Positions 50,801 through 64,000 of a DNA stretch of 64,000 nucleotides are shown piece after piece. Made by a program: the position numbers and the translations under genes. The DNA comes from the human T2T-CHM13v2.0 reference genome, Homo sapiens, in NCBI RefSeq assembly GCF_009914755.1, contig NC_060947.1; one strand, given 5' to 3'. How positions within the stretch are numbered: the first letter of the stretch is position 1; each line of letters opens with the position of its first letter. A model generated the notes under the pieces. The model saw only the letters and a program-made list of their open reading frames with translations. It was not told the origin of the DNA and did no database searches.

Positions 50801-53800
50801 ATATTTTCATTACAAGCATTTTCAAATACACCTAATAATAGGGTAAATACTATAATTAATCTAATATACCAGACTTTCAGTATCAATAATCTTCAACTCA
50901 TGGCCAATCTGGTTCTAGTTATACCCCTACCTACTCCGCATAGCAGAAACTGAAATAATGTGGAGCAAATCCAAGACACCATGTGATCTCATCTCCAAAT
51001 ACATCAGAGTGCATTTCTAAAGATAACTACTCTCTTATAAAACATAAAGCCAACATTATTATCTTTCCTAAACATGTAAGCAAGTCATTAATATAATGAA
51101 ATGTTCACTTATTTGTCACATGTATCTGGTGGACATATGCTCCTGTTAAAATGCAGTTTCTTTGAATCGGTTTGCAAATATGATCTATACATTGTGTTTA
51201 TGTTCTTAATAGCCACCTTAAGTAATTTATAGATTCCCCCACATTACCTTTTTTTGAAACTCATTTGTTGAAAATGAAGACATGCCTTGTGTTCTGTCCA
51301 GTTTCCCATACTCTGGATTTTGCTGAGCGCAATACTTCTCTTCCTGCATTACCTATCTGTTTTTCCATGTTGCCTACTTTTTCCATTAAAGCCTCTTAAA
51401 TTTTTAAAAATAGTCATTTTAAATTATCTGCCTCCTAATTCCAATATCTGAGTCATATTAGAGTCCAGTTCTGTTGATTGTCTTGTCTCTTCAGACTATG
51501 TATTTTCTTACTCTTTTGCGTGTGTCCCTTGCAATCCTTTTGTTGAGAGTGAACGTGTTGTATGAGGTCATAGGAACAGAGGCAATTAGATCTCTACAGT
51601 GAGGATGTATGTCAATTTGGCTGGGAGTTGGGCTTTATTTCTTATACCTATAGATGCCAGAGGCTTCAGATTCCTCTAGTGTCCTTGTTTTTGTCTTCCG
51701 TTTTATTAATTGTGGCAAATGTGTAATGCTAATGTAAGAGGATGGTAATAGGGAAAACTGGGTGTGGGGTATATGAGAATTCTCTGTACTATCTCTGCAA
51801 TAATTCTGTAAGCCTAAACATTTTCTAAAATAAAAAGTCATTAATAAAGAATGACTTGTTGGACCCCATTGGAAGGAACAAGAATAACCACCCCTCACAT
51901 TGAGAATTGGCTCTGCAAGAGAGAGAATAAAACATTTATCCTGCATTTCCTGTACTAACTGTATTTCAGGATGACACAATAGCTACAGTTGATGAGGAAA
52001 GTTTCTTCCTTACTGGAGAATTCCAGCTGAGGAAAATGCAACATATGAGAGAAAAGGAAAACAAGTATTTGCAATATCCAGCAATGCAACTGATGCAATC
52101 CATGCTAATCAATGGATGAAACATTGTTGAAGGGTTGATGACGCACTCTGCAATGGAGGAACAAGGCTGTCTCCACCTCTCCACCTGAGCCCACTGATCA
52201 GAGCCAATATGATCAAGGGTTGAACAGCCAGAAGTTGTATGCCTCCTGCTGGAGTACAGTAGGAAGCACAAAGAGCCTCCTATGTGTACCTTCCCCCCCA
52301 ACAAAAAGCCAAACCTGCTTCTGGCCTCCACCTGAGGTGAACTTTGAAAGATAGGAAATCCAGTCCTGGATTAAGACATCTGGCCCCTCATTGAAGACAC
52401 AGAGTCTACTCTGGAATGAGCACTAGGTGTCACCAGACAGCCTTCTGCTTTGTTCTGCACCCAGTCTTTACACGTGCACCATTGTCCTGCCCGCCGCAGC
52501 AGTGCCACAGCAGCAGGCCAACAGCCTTGCCTGTTCAATGCCAATGGTGCCTTCCATCCCCTTTATCCCGAGAGAAAGGTTTCTGGACACCTAGACCTGT
52601 ATTCCGTACCCAGTCCTCAGGTCAAGTCAGTAACCTGGAATAGAAACCTGGATCCAAGAAGCCAGTTCATGGTACAGTGCAGCTGACCTGGCTCTGAGGC
52701 AGTCCATGGCTCAGAGGATCAGGGAATACCCTTTACCTGGCTCACCAGACCAGTGTCTCTAGACCCTGCCCTCTACACTCTGTTCCAAGGCCCCGAGCGA
52801 CTGCATGTCTTTGTTCTCTTCTAGACGATTGCTCTTATAATACTGTTAGCATTCCTTCCCAGACATCCTCGGTTCTCTCTCGAGATATCTCTTCTGTGAG
52901 GCCTTCTATGAATACCATTGTAAAAATTGCAATCCCTCCTTCCACCCAGTTTCCAGCACTCCTTATTTAGCTCTCTCGATTCAATTTGTTTCCATAGCGT
53001 TTGTCACCATAAAACCTACTTCACCTGTAACTTTGTTCCGCAGTTCATTGTGTGCCTGCCCCTCCCCTCCCGCTAGAACATAAGCTCCACAGAAGCAGGG
53101 AATTTGTTCAATGCTGTATCCTCAGAGCTTAGAGCAGTGCCTGGCAAACAGTACATGCTCAGTACTCAGCTGTGGGACGCATGAAGAACTACAGCTCCAT
53201 GGTCCTAGTATTCGCAGCCTCTGCATTGGAGCCTCGTGGCATTTTCAGTCCTCCCAATTACCCAGCAATCAAAGTTTAAATGCATCCCAGCACCCTCTTA
53301 TTGTTGAGTCATGGAACAGGTAAGCAACTGAGCTCTAGGGACTCCAGAGACCTGCTGCCCCAGCGCCTGGTCTGTGCTCCTGGCATCCTGGGGAAGTCAG
53401 CAAGGCAGGGCTACAAACATCAGTGGCTATCTGAGCACTCTCTCTTGCCAGTAGGCAGCTGTGGCCCTTGTCCCAATTCCCTGCTCCTCTCTCTGGTCGT
53501 TTGGGTCTGCAAGCAGCCAATGTCAAGGTCTCACATGTCTCTGGGTTTCAGCTGGGCCTTAAAGGGATTTATGTAACATTCAGTTCAAGTAACACTTTCC
53601 CATTGATTCCTGGACAAGCTCTAGACAGAAGTCCCATGTTCGCCAATGACTTTGATGCTACTTCCCTGGAGAAAGTAGGAAGGGTGGCCAACGTGGTTTG
53701 CAAGGTTGCATTCATCTGGAGAATGCTCCATCATGATTTCTCCCCAATGCCAGTAGACAGGTGCCATCCCTGCCTTTGTACACACCGTTCCTTGCTGCGT

Positions 53801-54514
53801 GAAGTTATTTGAGGAATCATTACACACTCTCCAAGAGGTAACAAAACATGATTTCATTCGCTCATTCATTCAATATTTATCCAGCTCCTCATATGCTCCA
53901 GGCACTGACCTAAGTGCTGGAGATACTGTATTCACTATAAAAAGGGCTTCCCACCTCCGTGGTGTTCTTCCTAATAATGCATAATCATGCATGCCCTTCT
54001 AATCGTGAGAAGACATTAGACCCACTGAAACTGAGGGATGTTCTACAAAAATCAGACTAGTATTCCTAGAGTCCTCCAAGACAGATTTGATGCCAAGATG
54101 GGGAAGAAGGAAGAGTATGTTGGAGGCCTAGGTCCTTGCAGACATGTTCTGGAGATACACACTGGGGTTTGGGAGCACAGCAGGAGGGACTGTGGAGTGG
54201 GCAGAACCCTCCAGGGAGAGGTCAGGGGAGCAGTGCAGGAGTTTGAGGCTGCACAAGAATGACATGACCTCCATGGGAAGAGCACACTACTCACCCTCCT
54301 TCTGAGATGAAGCATTCTCTTCCCCTTCCTTTAGCCATGTGACAGGATCTGGTCAGGTGAGGAGAGGAGTGACACAGATGGGGAACTGGCACCAGGTCCT
54401 CAGGGGATGGCAGGCAAGAAGCTGGGGCTCATGAAGCTATGTGAGGCAGATTCCATAGAAGGAGACTCGGGAGCTTTGGGTTTCATTCTCACATCCTGAG
54501 AACACATCCAGAGA

Positions 54515-55740
54515 CTTAAGTCATACACATTTGCTCCCTTCTATGCGAGATGCCAGATTCTGTACTTTGAAGGCCCTGGGCAGGGATGGAGGTCTTCACA
54601 GGAAGCAACACCCCGTAGGAAGCTGACTGCAGGAATTCCTGCATTGCCATCTGCACCCTTTGGGCCCTGAAGCATGACCCATCAGTATTTTAAGAGCCAC
54701 GATGTGTCCTTGAATTGGAGGCTGGCAGCCAGCAGTCAAATGCCCTTGTTGGGATTGCAAGTTTCCTTCTCCTGGGGCCCATAGTTGTGTTCTCATGTCC
54801 CCTGCTGCTGTGTCCACACTGCCCCAATCGGGCCTCAGTCTGCCCAGCTTGGGGCTTTGCGCTTCCTCTCTCCCCACTAACTACTGCTCAAGACCTGGAG
54901 CTGATGCTCATATGCGATTATCATTGTGATAAATTCCCTGGTAAGGATCTCCTTCCAAGGTCTTGTGGTGACAGAACTGGCAGGAGATGATGAAGCCTTC
55001 TGGGGAGGCTCCTAGTGAATAATAAGCATTCTGACATGATGAGTGACAAATCACGATGATTAGGAGATATTATTCAAATAATTCCCCAGGTAATGTCTGG
55101 CTTTTGATTAACCGATCACCTTAAATGGGTGACTATGAGGTTTTGCTTTCTCAGGCTGATGATCCAGAGAGGTGGGGCTGGGGTGTCCTAGCAGAGGCAG
55201 CTAGGGCCTCGGTATCCCCAGACAGGCAGCTAAAGAAGACTAAAGGCTGTAGCAGATGGTGGGGGCGTTGAGTATCGGGACACTCCGCAGTCCGCAGAAT
55301 ACTCCCAGATCCACGTTAGGACTTGGAAAGCAGCTGGGTGTGAGAGGGCTTTGGGGTCCTGAGGGATTAGGCTGTGCTGAGCATCAGCCACCCCAGGAGG
55401 GGCGTGAGGAGAAGCACCTGCCAGGTCCAGCTGTACTGCCCTGGGCCGGCTGTGGGGAGAGGGACATGGGAGCAGAAGGAGGCTGAGGTGAGCTGGAACC
55501 CTGGACCAGGTCATTAGGTGGGTGCTCCCAGGAATGGCCTGGGTCAGACCCCTGTGGGCGCTCCAGGATGGAACAGGACATTACCGGAAACAGCGACATC
55601 ACATGTCCCTTCTTGGAGGGAGCCAGTGGGTGTGGAGAGTGGTGCCCTAGGCAGTTAAGGACATCCCAGGTACCTCCCCATCTCCCACATGCACGGCCTT
55701 TTCAGGAGTCATTTCCAGGATCCAACATCCTCACCCGTAT
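54515..55740 (-). repeat. Right arm of the inverted duplication (partner 35640-36790)
   Basis: e.g. gatccagagaggtggggctggggtgtcctagcagaggcagctagggcctc is the reverse complement of ~36144-36192. Confidence 0.85.
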
Positions 55741-57354
55741 CCTTACATGCTGACATACCAGGGCCCAAGCCTGTTGCATGTGTTGGAAGCCAGATAAAGT
55801 TGATCCAAGAAGATTATTTGATTTTTCAATAAACCATTATTTAATAAATATATCATGATCTCCCAGTGGGCGCTAAGGCTTATCACGGGCACCAGTAGTT
55901 CCAAACATGGCATTCAAACCTTGCTTTGAGGTGCTCACGATCTAATAGGGGTATGTGGCTGGGTTAGTAGATTCTTTCTGCATGGTTTCAGAAGAGCCAA
56001 GGTGTGTGTAGGACACAAATGTACAATTAGAAACATGTTTGTTTCCAAGTGAGAATAGTTTAGCCGGACTTAGGTTTAAGGGACACAGCTGGAAGCAGGG
56101 GCTCTGGACCCAGCCAGCCTGGATATGAGTCTTGGCGCTGCCACTTCCTAGTTGTGTGATCATGGGCGAGCTTCCAAACTCCTTGTATCTCAGTTCCCTC
56201 ATCTGTCAAACATGAATAGCAGTAGCATGTACTTCACGAAGCACATATAAGGACTGCATCAGGTAATATCTGTCAAGCACATAAACAATGCCTGGTACAT
56301 AGCAAGTGTCATGGGAGTGTTTATTAAATCAGCAACTCCTGACCTCAGTAGTCACTGGTGTGTGTGCGGCTTCAGGATCCAGTAAGACAGCTCGTGGAAG
56401 GTTGGTAAAATATGGCCGAAACTTGTCCTCCACGGGGCTGTGAGGAACTTGAAGCACTTATCCCACTGCCTGGCACAGTAAATGATCTGTCAACTGTGTA
56501 CAGTTATCCTCGTCCTTAAGGCTTCCCCTGATCCTCGGGTGCTCCAGAGGGTGCTGTTGCATCTGTCAAATGTTCTTACTTTCTGCAGCCTCCTAGTGTC
56601 CAGTCCTGGTGAAGCCCCTTCACATCCTGAATGGCTTCTGCCATCATTGTGCAGTGCTGGGCAGCCCGGGGTGGGTCACAGGCATTTTTTCAGTGGAGCT
56701 CTCAAGTAACAGGTGTTTTGATTTCAAAGCTCAGTTCTTATCCACCACACTGGCTTACTGTGGGATGCAGAACTATTGCTGTGACAGCAATAATAGCATC
56801 CTCTCACTAGTACTTTACAGTTTATTCAGTGGGCCACAGAGGTTATCTCATTTGCTGAAACAAGTAACAGGACACAGTAGGCTTGAGATTCTGGCTTTTG
56901 ATTGAGCCCAAGTCAAATTCCTGAGGAGTCTATTTTTAGAGTTCCCGACAGCGGACAGGGATGGCCCCTGCCCATGGCTTAAGCCTCCAATAGTGGTGAT
57001 ATCTCAGGGTCTAACTTCCACTTCATTCTGCTGTCATTTCGGAGCACAGTAGTTACAGTAATTTTTGAAAACAGAAAGCAACCAGGATAGCCTTGAAGAA
57101 GTAACCCCATACGAAGCAGGGGGATGGGGGCTTCGTACTCCTCCCATTGATTCCTTGACTAGTCACTAGAAGGAAGCTGACCCCGGAAAGGAAGTTTCCT
57201 ACAACTGAGGGCCGTCCATGGAGAGGACCCTGGTTATCGGTCATCAACAAACAATACCTTTGGGGGAATGAGCGCCTCAGTTATAAAGCAAAGATCTTGG
57301 TAGCACTATACCATCCACTACAGTCCATCTTCTCTTGCAACAGTTAAACCTACA

Positions 57355-58045
57355 TTTTTTTCTATTTTTTTTATTTATAATGTTTTGCGGTACATAGTAG
57401 CTGCATATATACTTATGGGGCACATGGGATATTTTGAGACAGGCATGCAATGCATAATCACATCAGGGTAAATGGAATATCCATCACCTCAAGCATTTAT
57501 CCTTTCTTCGTGTTACACACATTTCAATTATACTCTTTTTTGTTATTAAAATGTACAATAAATTATGGTTGATTGTAGTCACCCTGTTGTATGATCAAAT
57601 ATTAGATTCATTCAATCTAACTATATTTTTGTACTCATTAAACATCCTTCCCCCCCCGCCCCACTCCACTACCCTTCTCAGACTCTGTTAACCATCCTTC
57701 TACTCTGTCTCTATGAGTTCAATTGTTGCCATTTTTGGCTCCCACAAATCAGTGAGAATATGCAAAGTTTGTCTTTCTGTGCCTGGCTTATTCCACTTAA
57801 CATAATGCCCTCCAGTTCCACCTTGTTGTTGTGAATGACAGGATCTCATTCTTTATTATTGCTGAATAGTACTCCATTGCGTATATGTATCACATTTTCT
57901 TATTCCATTCATCTGTGGATGGATGCTTAGGTTGTTTCCAAATCTTGGGTTTTGTGACCAGTGCTGCAACAAACATGGGAGTGCAGATATCTCTTCGATA
58001 TCCTGATTTCCTTTCTTTTGGGTATATGCCAAGCAGTGGATTAAC
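57355..58045 (-). mobile_element. L1MA-type 3' end
   Basis: 3' UTR and ORF2 C-terminal antisense sequence (gctgaatagtactccattg; gggagtgcagatatctcttc). Confidence 0.8.
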
Positions 58046-58049
58046 CCTA

Positions 58050-61000
58050 CTTTTTCATGTAGAAAGTTCACCTCATTTGAGCACAACTCCTCAAGGATTC
58101 TGGTGATCCCTTACTAAAGAAGTTCACATGAGAAAGAAGAGTGTACAAACGATAGGCCCTCTGTGGCAGCTGGCCTCTAAGCCACAACTGATGATAATTC
58201 TGTTCCTTGTCTACTATCCATTCTAGAGTACTGTCGGTTTCAACCAGAATCTTTGCTGTTCTCTATTACTTACCCAATAGAGTAGTGCAAACCCTCATCC
58301 CGGAAGGTTCTGGGCTCCTGGTCCTCCACGACCTTCTCAGGCTGTGGCACTTACAATTGTCCCTATACTATAGAAATCTGGCAGGGGACTACGAAGACAC
58401 ATTCAAGGGGTCACTCGAGAGCCAAACATTCCTCTCTGTTCCCATTGTATAAGGGCAGCCCTACCTCCTCCTGATGATCAGAGCCAATATCCCTGCAAGC
58501 ATGGCAACTCCTTTTTATGCTTGCTGGTCCTATAGCATGAGAAGCTCAAAGTGCCCAGATGGGAGCAATAGCTTGAAATTTAATGGAAAGAGTCCCATTA
58601 AATTGTTTTTTTCCAGGTGGAAGTAATCTTACTTTGGGAACCAATATATCTAGCCAGCACTGTCCAATAGGGTAACCAGCAGCCACATGTGACCATTGAG
58701 TATACAAACCTGGTTAGTGTGACTGAGGACCTGAACTTTAAATTTAATTTTAAATAGTGTAAACTTATGTGCAAATAGCTAAATGTGGCTAGTGACACCT
58801 TATTGGAAAGCACAGTTCTAGAACTACAGAACCTAAACTCATGTAGCAGAAAGTACAAATTCCCATACAGGTCACAGGGAGTGACAGTAAGTGAGGTCAT
58901 TCCACCCTTTGGTATCTGCATCATGTATTCTATCTATTGATGGAAGAGAATGGTAATAGATTTAGGGTATATACAGTACAGTAGAGAATGACACCCCATC
59001 CTCAAGGCTGTGATCTCCAAATTTGCACCTCATTTGCACTGTGAAGAAGCCACTCCATTATTCCAGTAGACCAGTGGCTTTTGGGTGGCGCAGTATGAGA
59101 TAACAACTTTAGATCATACGGTCATGTGCCCACTGAGCACTTCCTTTGCTATATGTGGGTCCCTTGGTCCCAGCTGATCGTATGGAGTATCCTGGCTCAG
59201 TGTATCCAACATTCTTTAAGCCCTGTGTTAGTGGTGCCCGACAAAGAAATGTGAGCAGGAAAGTCAAACTTATACCTGTAATGTGTACAAATTCCAGTAA
59301 AGATGAATCTCTGCTCCTTCCAGGATGGAATTTGCTGGACGCAATCAACAAGCCACAAGGGGCTGATTAGTCTCCTTAAGTAATGGTGCCCTACTGGGTA
59401 TTCAGCACTGGCCTCTGTTGCTGGCAGTTTGAACATTTGGCAAAAATAGCTGGATATGCCTGGGTGAATGGGGACCCATGCTGTTGAACACATGCATAGC
59501 ATCCACTTCTTCCACCGTGGCTATTGCACACATAAGGCCATTGTGTAGCATTAATGTGGCCAGCGACTGAGGCTGGCTAATGTCAACTAGTTAGGTCATT
59601 TTTTTCTTGATTAAACGTTTAGTGTCTCTTCCATGGTGAATGCTCTCTTGAGCCTTAAGACGTGATACAAATATCTTCACATATAGTGTCCCTTCTCATA
59701 CGTCCATCAATAAACCTCCGTCCCCAATCCTGCTTATTGCAATCTGTCACTACTTCTCATTCTAAGTCCCTGAGCAGCTGTCCAATTTATTTTTCACTGT
59801 CCATAAGTCCATTCGTAGTTTGGGTCACTTCTTTTTTAGATATGAAGTGGATCATCAGATGCACCATTTGAAGCTCTGCCACCTGGGGATTTCTGCTCAA
59901 CAATGTATTTCTTGACCACATACGATTGAGGTAGTATTACAACAGAAGTTCATTTTCAGGTTGCGCTCTAAATCCGGCCAAACCATCTATTATCTAAGCT
60001 CAGCACTTCTACTCCTCCAGCAGCTGGTCATAAGAGAACTTCCTGGTCCATTAATCTATAGGAATAAAAAAGAGCTGAAGGAGAGACACAGACACAACAG
60101 TGGCAGATGACATTGGGGATTAGGTCACCTGCTTGTAATCTATGGCCGTGCTGGTATCTGGTCCTGGATATGCTACTTCTATCTTATCACAGATTACTTT
60201 TGGAATCACCTGACTTTGTGGGTCTGACAGAACCTAGCTCATGATGATCAGTAGCGACATGCCATGTGCCTGAGGCCGTGGTGATCTGTTCTAGTGAAGA
60301 TAACAAATCTGTTAAAGGCTCTTGCCATTGAGCTTGCAGTAGTGCAAAGTTGCAGTAGTCCCAGTGACCCATCAGGTTCTTGTAGGAGCCAGGCTGCTAC
60401 CTTAAATTAAGATATGATGGGGATCACCACCCCTACATCCTTTAGGTATTAAGGGTGTCATTAACATTTTCCATCCCTCAGGATGCAATATTGTTTATTA
60501 CTTACTATCATGGCCAAGGTGCAGGAAGTGCACTTGGCCTTCTCTACTCTGCTAGCTCTTCTACTAACAGCCACGGACCCAGTCAGGGTTTGTGCCCATT
60601 ATCGAGGAAGTCCATTTCAATTTCCCATTTGGAAACTGGATAAATGGGCACTCTGGGTCAGACCTAGGCAAGAACTCCATTTATTCCTGGCCCACATTTG
60701 CTTCCACTCTAACAAACAGGGGGCCATGATGAAGCTTCAGGTCCTAGGTGTCAGTGTCAATGCAGATTCTGTGTCCAGCGGTCCTTGAAATGTTTGAGTG
60801 TTTTCCCCCTTCCCAGTGTTCAGTTACTGAGGTGAATAGACATAGGTTCCTTTGGAAACTGGGCTTGGAAAACCACTATTGTATCAACTTGCCATAGTAT
60901 TGCAGGTGGTTTCCTCAAGAGGACTCTACCATTGTGTTATGTTCAGTTAATAAATTCTGTGTCTGAGAATTGGCTCAGGTCTGGAAACTGGGAGATGGAT

Positions 61001-61420
61001 TAAAACTTTATTGGAGCAGTTTACCCAGCCTACTGCTTATTGAGCCTCGATTTCATGTGGGTATATAAGTTAAGCAACATACTTGTTGTCTGTTCTTCTA
61101 TCTTGGCTCTAAAAGCACTGTGTTCTGTTAACAGAGTCTGCTCCTCTCTGCAGATGAGATTCCCTGTTTGCCACTCAAGTTTCCTGCTTATTATGATCAT
61201 TGTGACCATCTTGCTTTTGAAATTTAAGTGCCACTTCCGTAGTCAAAGGGGCAGGTGGCCCAAAGCTTCCAGTTTGGGGTGAAATTGCAAGAAATAGAGA
61301 CTCTGTAGACAGCATCTGCATAGCACCAACTCCAGAATTCACTGACCACAGGTGATGCTGTGGGCCCTGACCTCCCATGGCTTCCCAGGGTCTGGACTAG
61401 GGGAGAAAGTATAAATTTCA
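58050..61420 (-). mobile_element. Degenerate ERVL-class internal (gag/pol) sequence with a MER3/MER33-like hAT insertion (~58655-58820)
   Basis: ORF 60187..60372(-) DLLSSLEQITTASGTWHVATD resembles ERVL RT (DVVSLLEQINT..GTWYAAID). Confidence 0.6.
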
Positions 61421-61584
61421 CCAGAGCGCTATTCATGAACACACATGCGGCAGCTCCAGAAATTAAAACAAAACAAAACAAAACAAAACAAAAAAAACAA
61501 CTGAGTCATGTTTACAAGAGGATAGAGACCCCGTGTCATGCAGGAGTGAGTGCAGTCAGTGAACTCTGAATTGTTAATGTTAAC

Positions 61585-63295
<1,711 letters not shown>

Positions 63296-64000
63296 CAACA
63301 ACCTAAGACTGGGCAACCTTGAAGACTTTAACTCTCAAGTTTGTCCACACTGAGCCTCCAGCAGTTCATCAGTTACAGTTTAAGTTTTCTGCACCATTAC
63401 TGGCTCCAAAAGTGATTTCTGTTTCTGGGCTTCTGCTTCAGTAAGCTGTGATTCTCTGTATCCACCTGTCTAGCTCTCCAGTTTTGGGGGCACTGCTTTG
63501 CTCTGTGACCTTAGTTCTCCGATGAATCTGAGAAGAGTTACTGATTTCTGCTTTGCTCAGTTTCTGTTCTTGTTGTGAGGATGAGAGTGATGACTTCTAA
63601 GCTCCTTATATGCCAGACCAGAAACCAGAAATTTCCAATAAAAAGATATTTTCTTGTTTAATTTTGAAAGGTGATATTAAGCCTCTGCCTGGCACAACCT
63701 CTCTGGTCCTCCACAAGCTTAGGCCAACTCAGGACCCCGGTGTAGCCAGCCCTGGAGGGCCTCCACACCCTGAAGCATGAGGGACATGCCTGGAGCCAGC
63801 AGCTTTACAGAAGAGCTCTGGGGAGCAGGTTTCTGGGTGGGGGTTATAGAAGCTGTGGCTCAGCATCTGCAGCTGGAAGCTAACAAAGTGATGCATTCAT
63901 TTGAGGTATTATCACAGAATGGGCTTGTGTACCTTGCAGCTGTCATCAAAAACCATCATTCTTCCAACAGTAACTTGTCCACAAACCGCATTTCCTCTTT

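Overview
Human (primate) genomic DNA that I recognise as Xq28. It has three parts. (1) The 5' half of TMEM185A (FAM11A) on the minus strand: coding exons 1-3 with canonical GT-AG sites (27344-27381, 7086-7262, 4430-4637) and a CpG-island promoter carrying the FRAXF-type compound repeat (GCCGTC)3(GCC)6. (2) An unprocessed MAGE-A family pseudogene on the minus strand (ancestral CDS 44951-45901, three in-frame stops, promoter remnant ~48360-48520). It is interrupted by LTRs and bracketed by a ~1.2-kb diverged inverted duplication. (3) A dense background of Alu, L1, L2, MIR, LTR (LTR5, THE1, MLT, MER50, MER52, ERVL-like) and DNA-transposon (Charlie1-like, Tigger2) fossils. I found no convincing new multi-gene system. 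The strongest leads are: a poly-Gly uORF through the FRAXF repeat, in frame with TMEM185A and separated from it by a single TAA; a potentially translatable 127-aa MAGE ORF carrying KVTELVHFL; an L1 with both a 5' inversion and a 3' transduction; a templated 59-bp insertion inside Tigger2; and an inverted Alu pair around exon 3. Repeat subfamily names are from memory of consensus sequences, and boundaries of old repeats are approximate.
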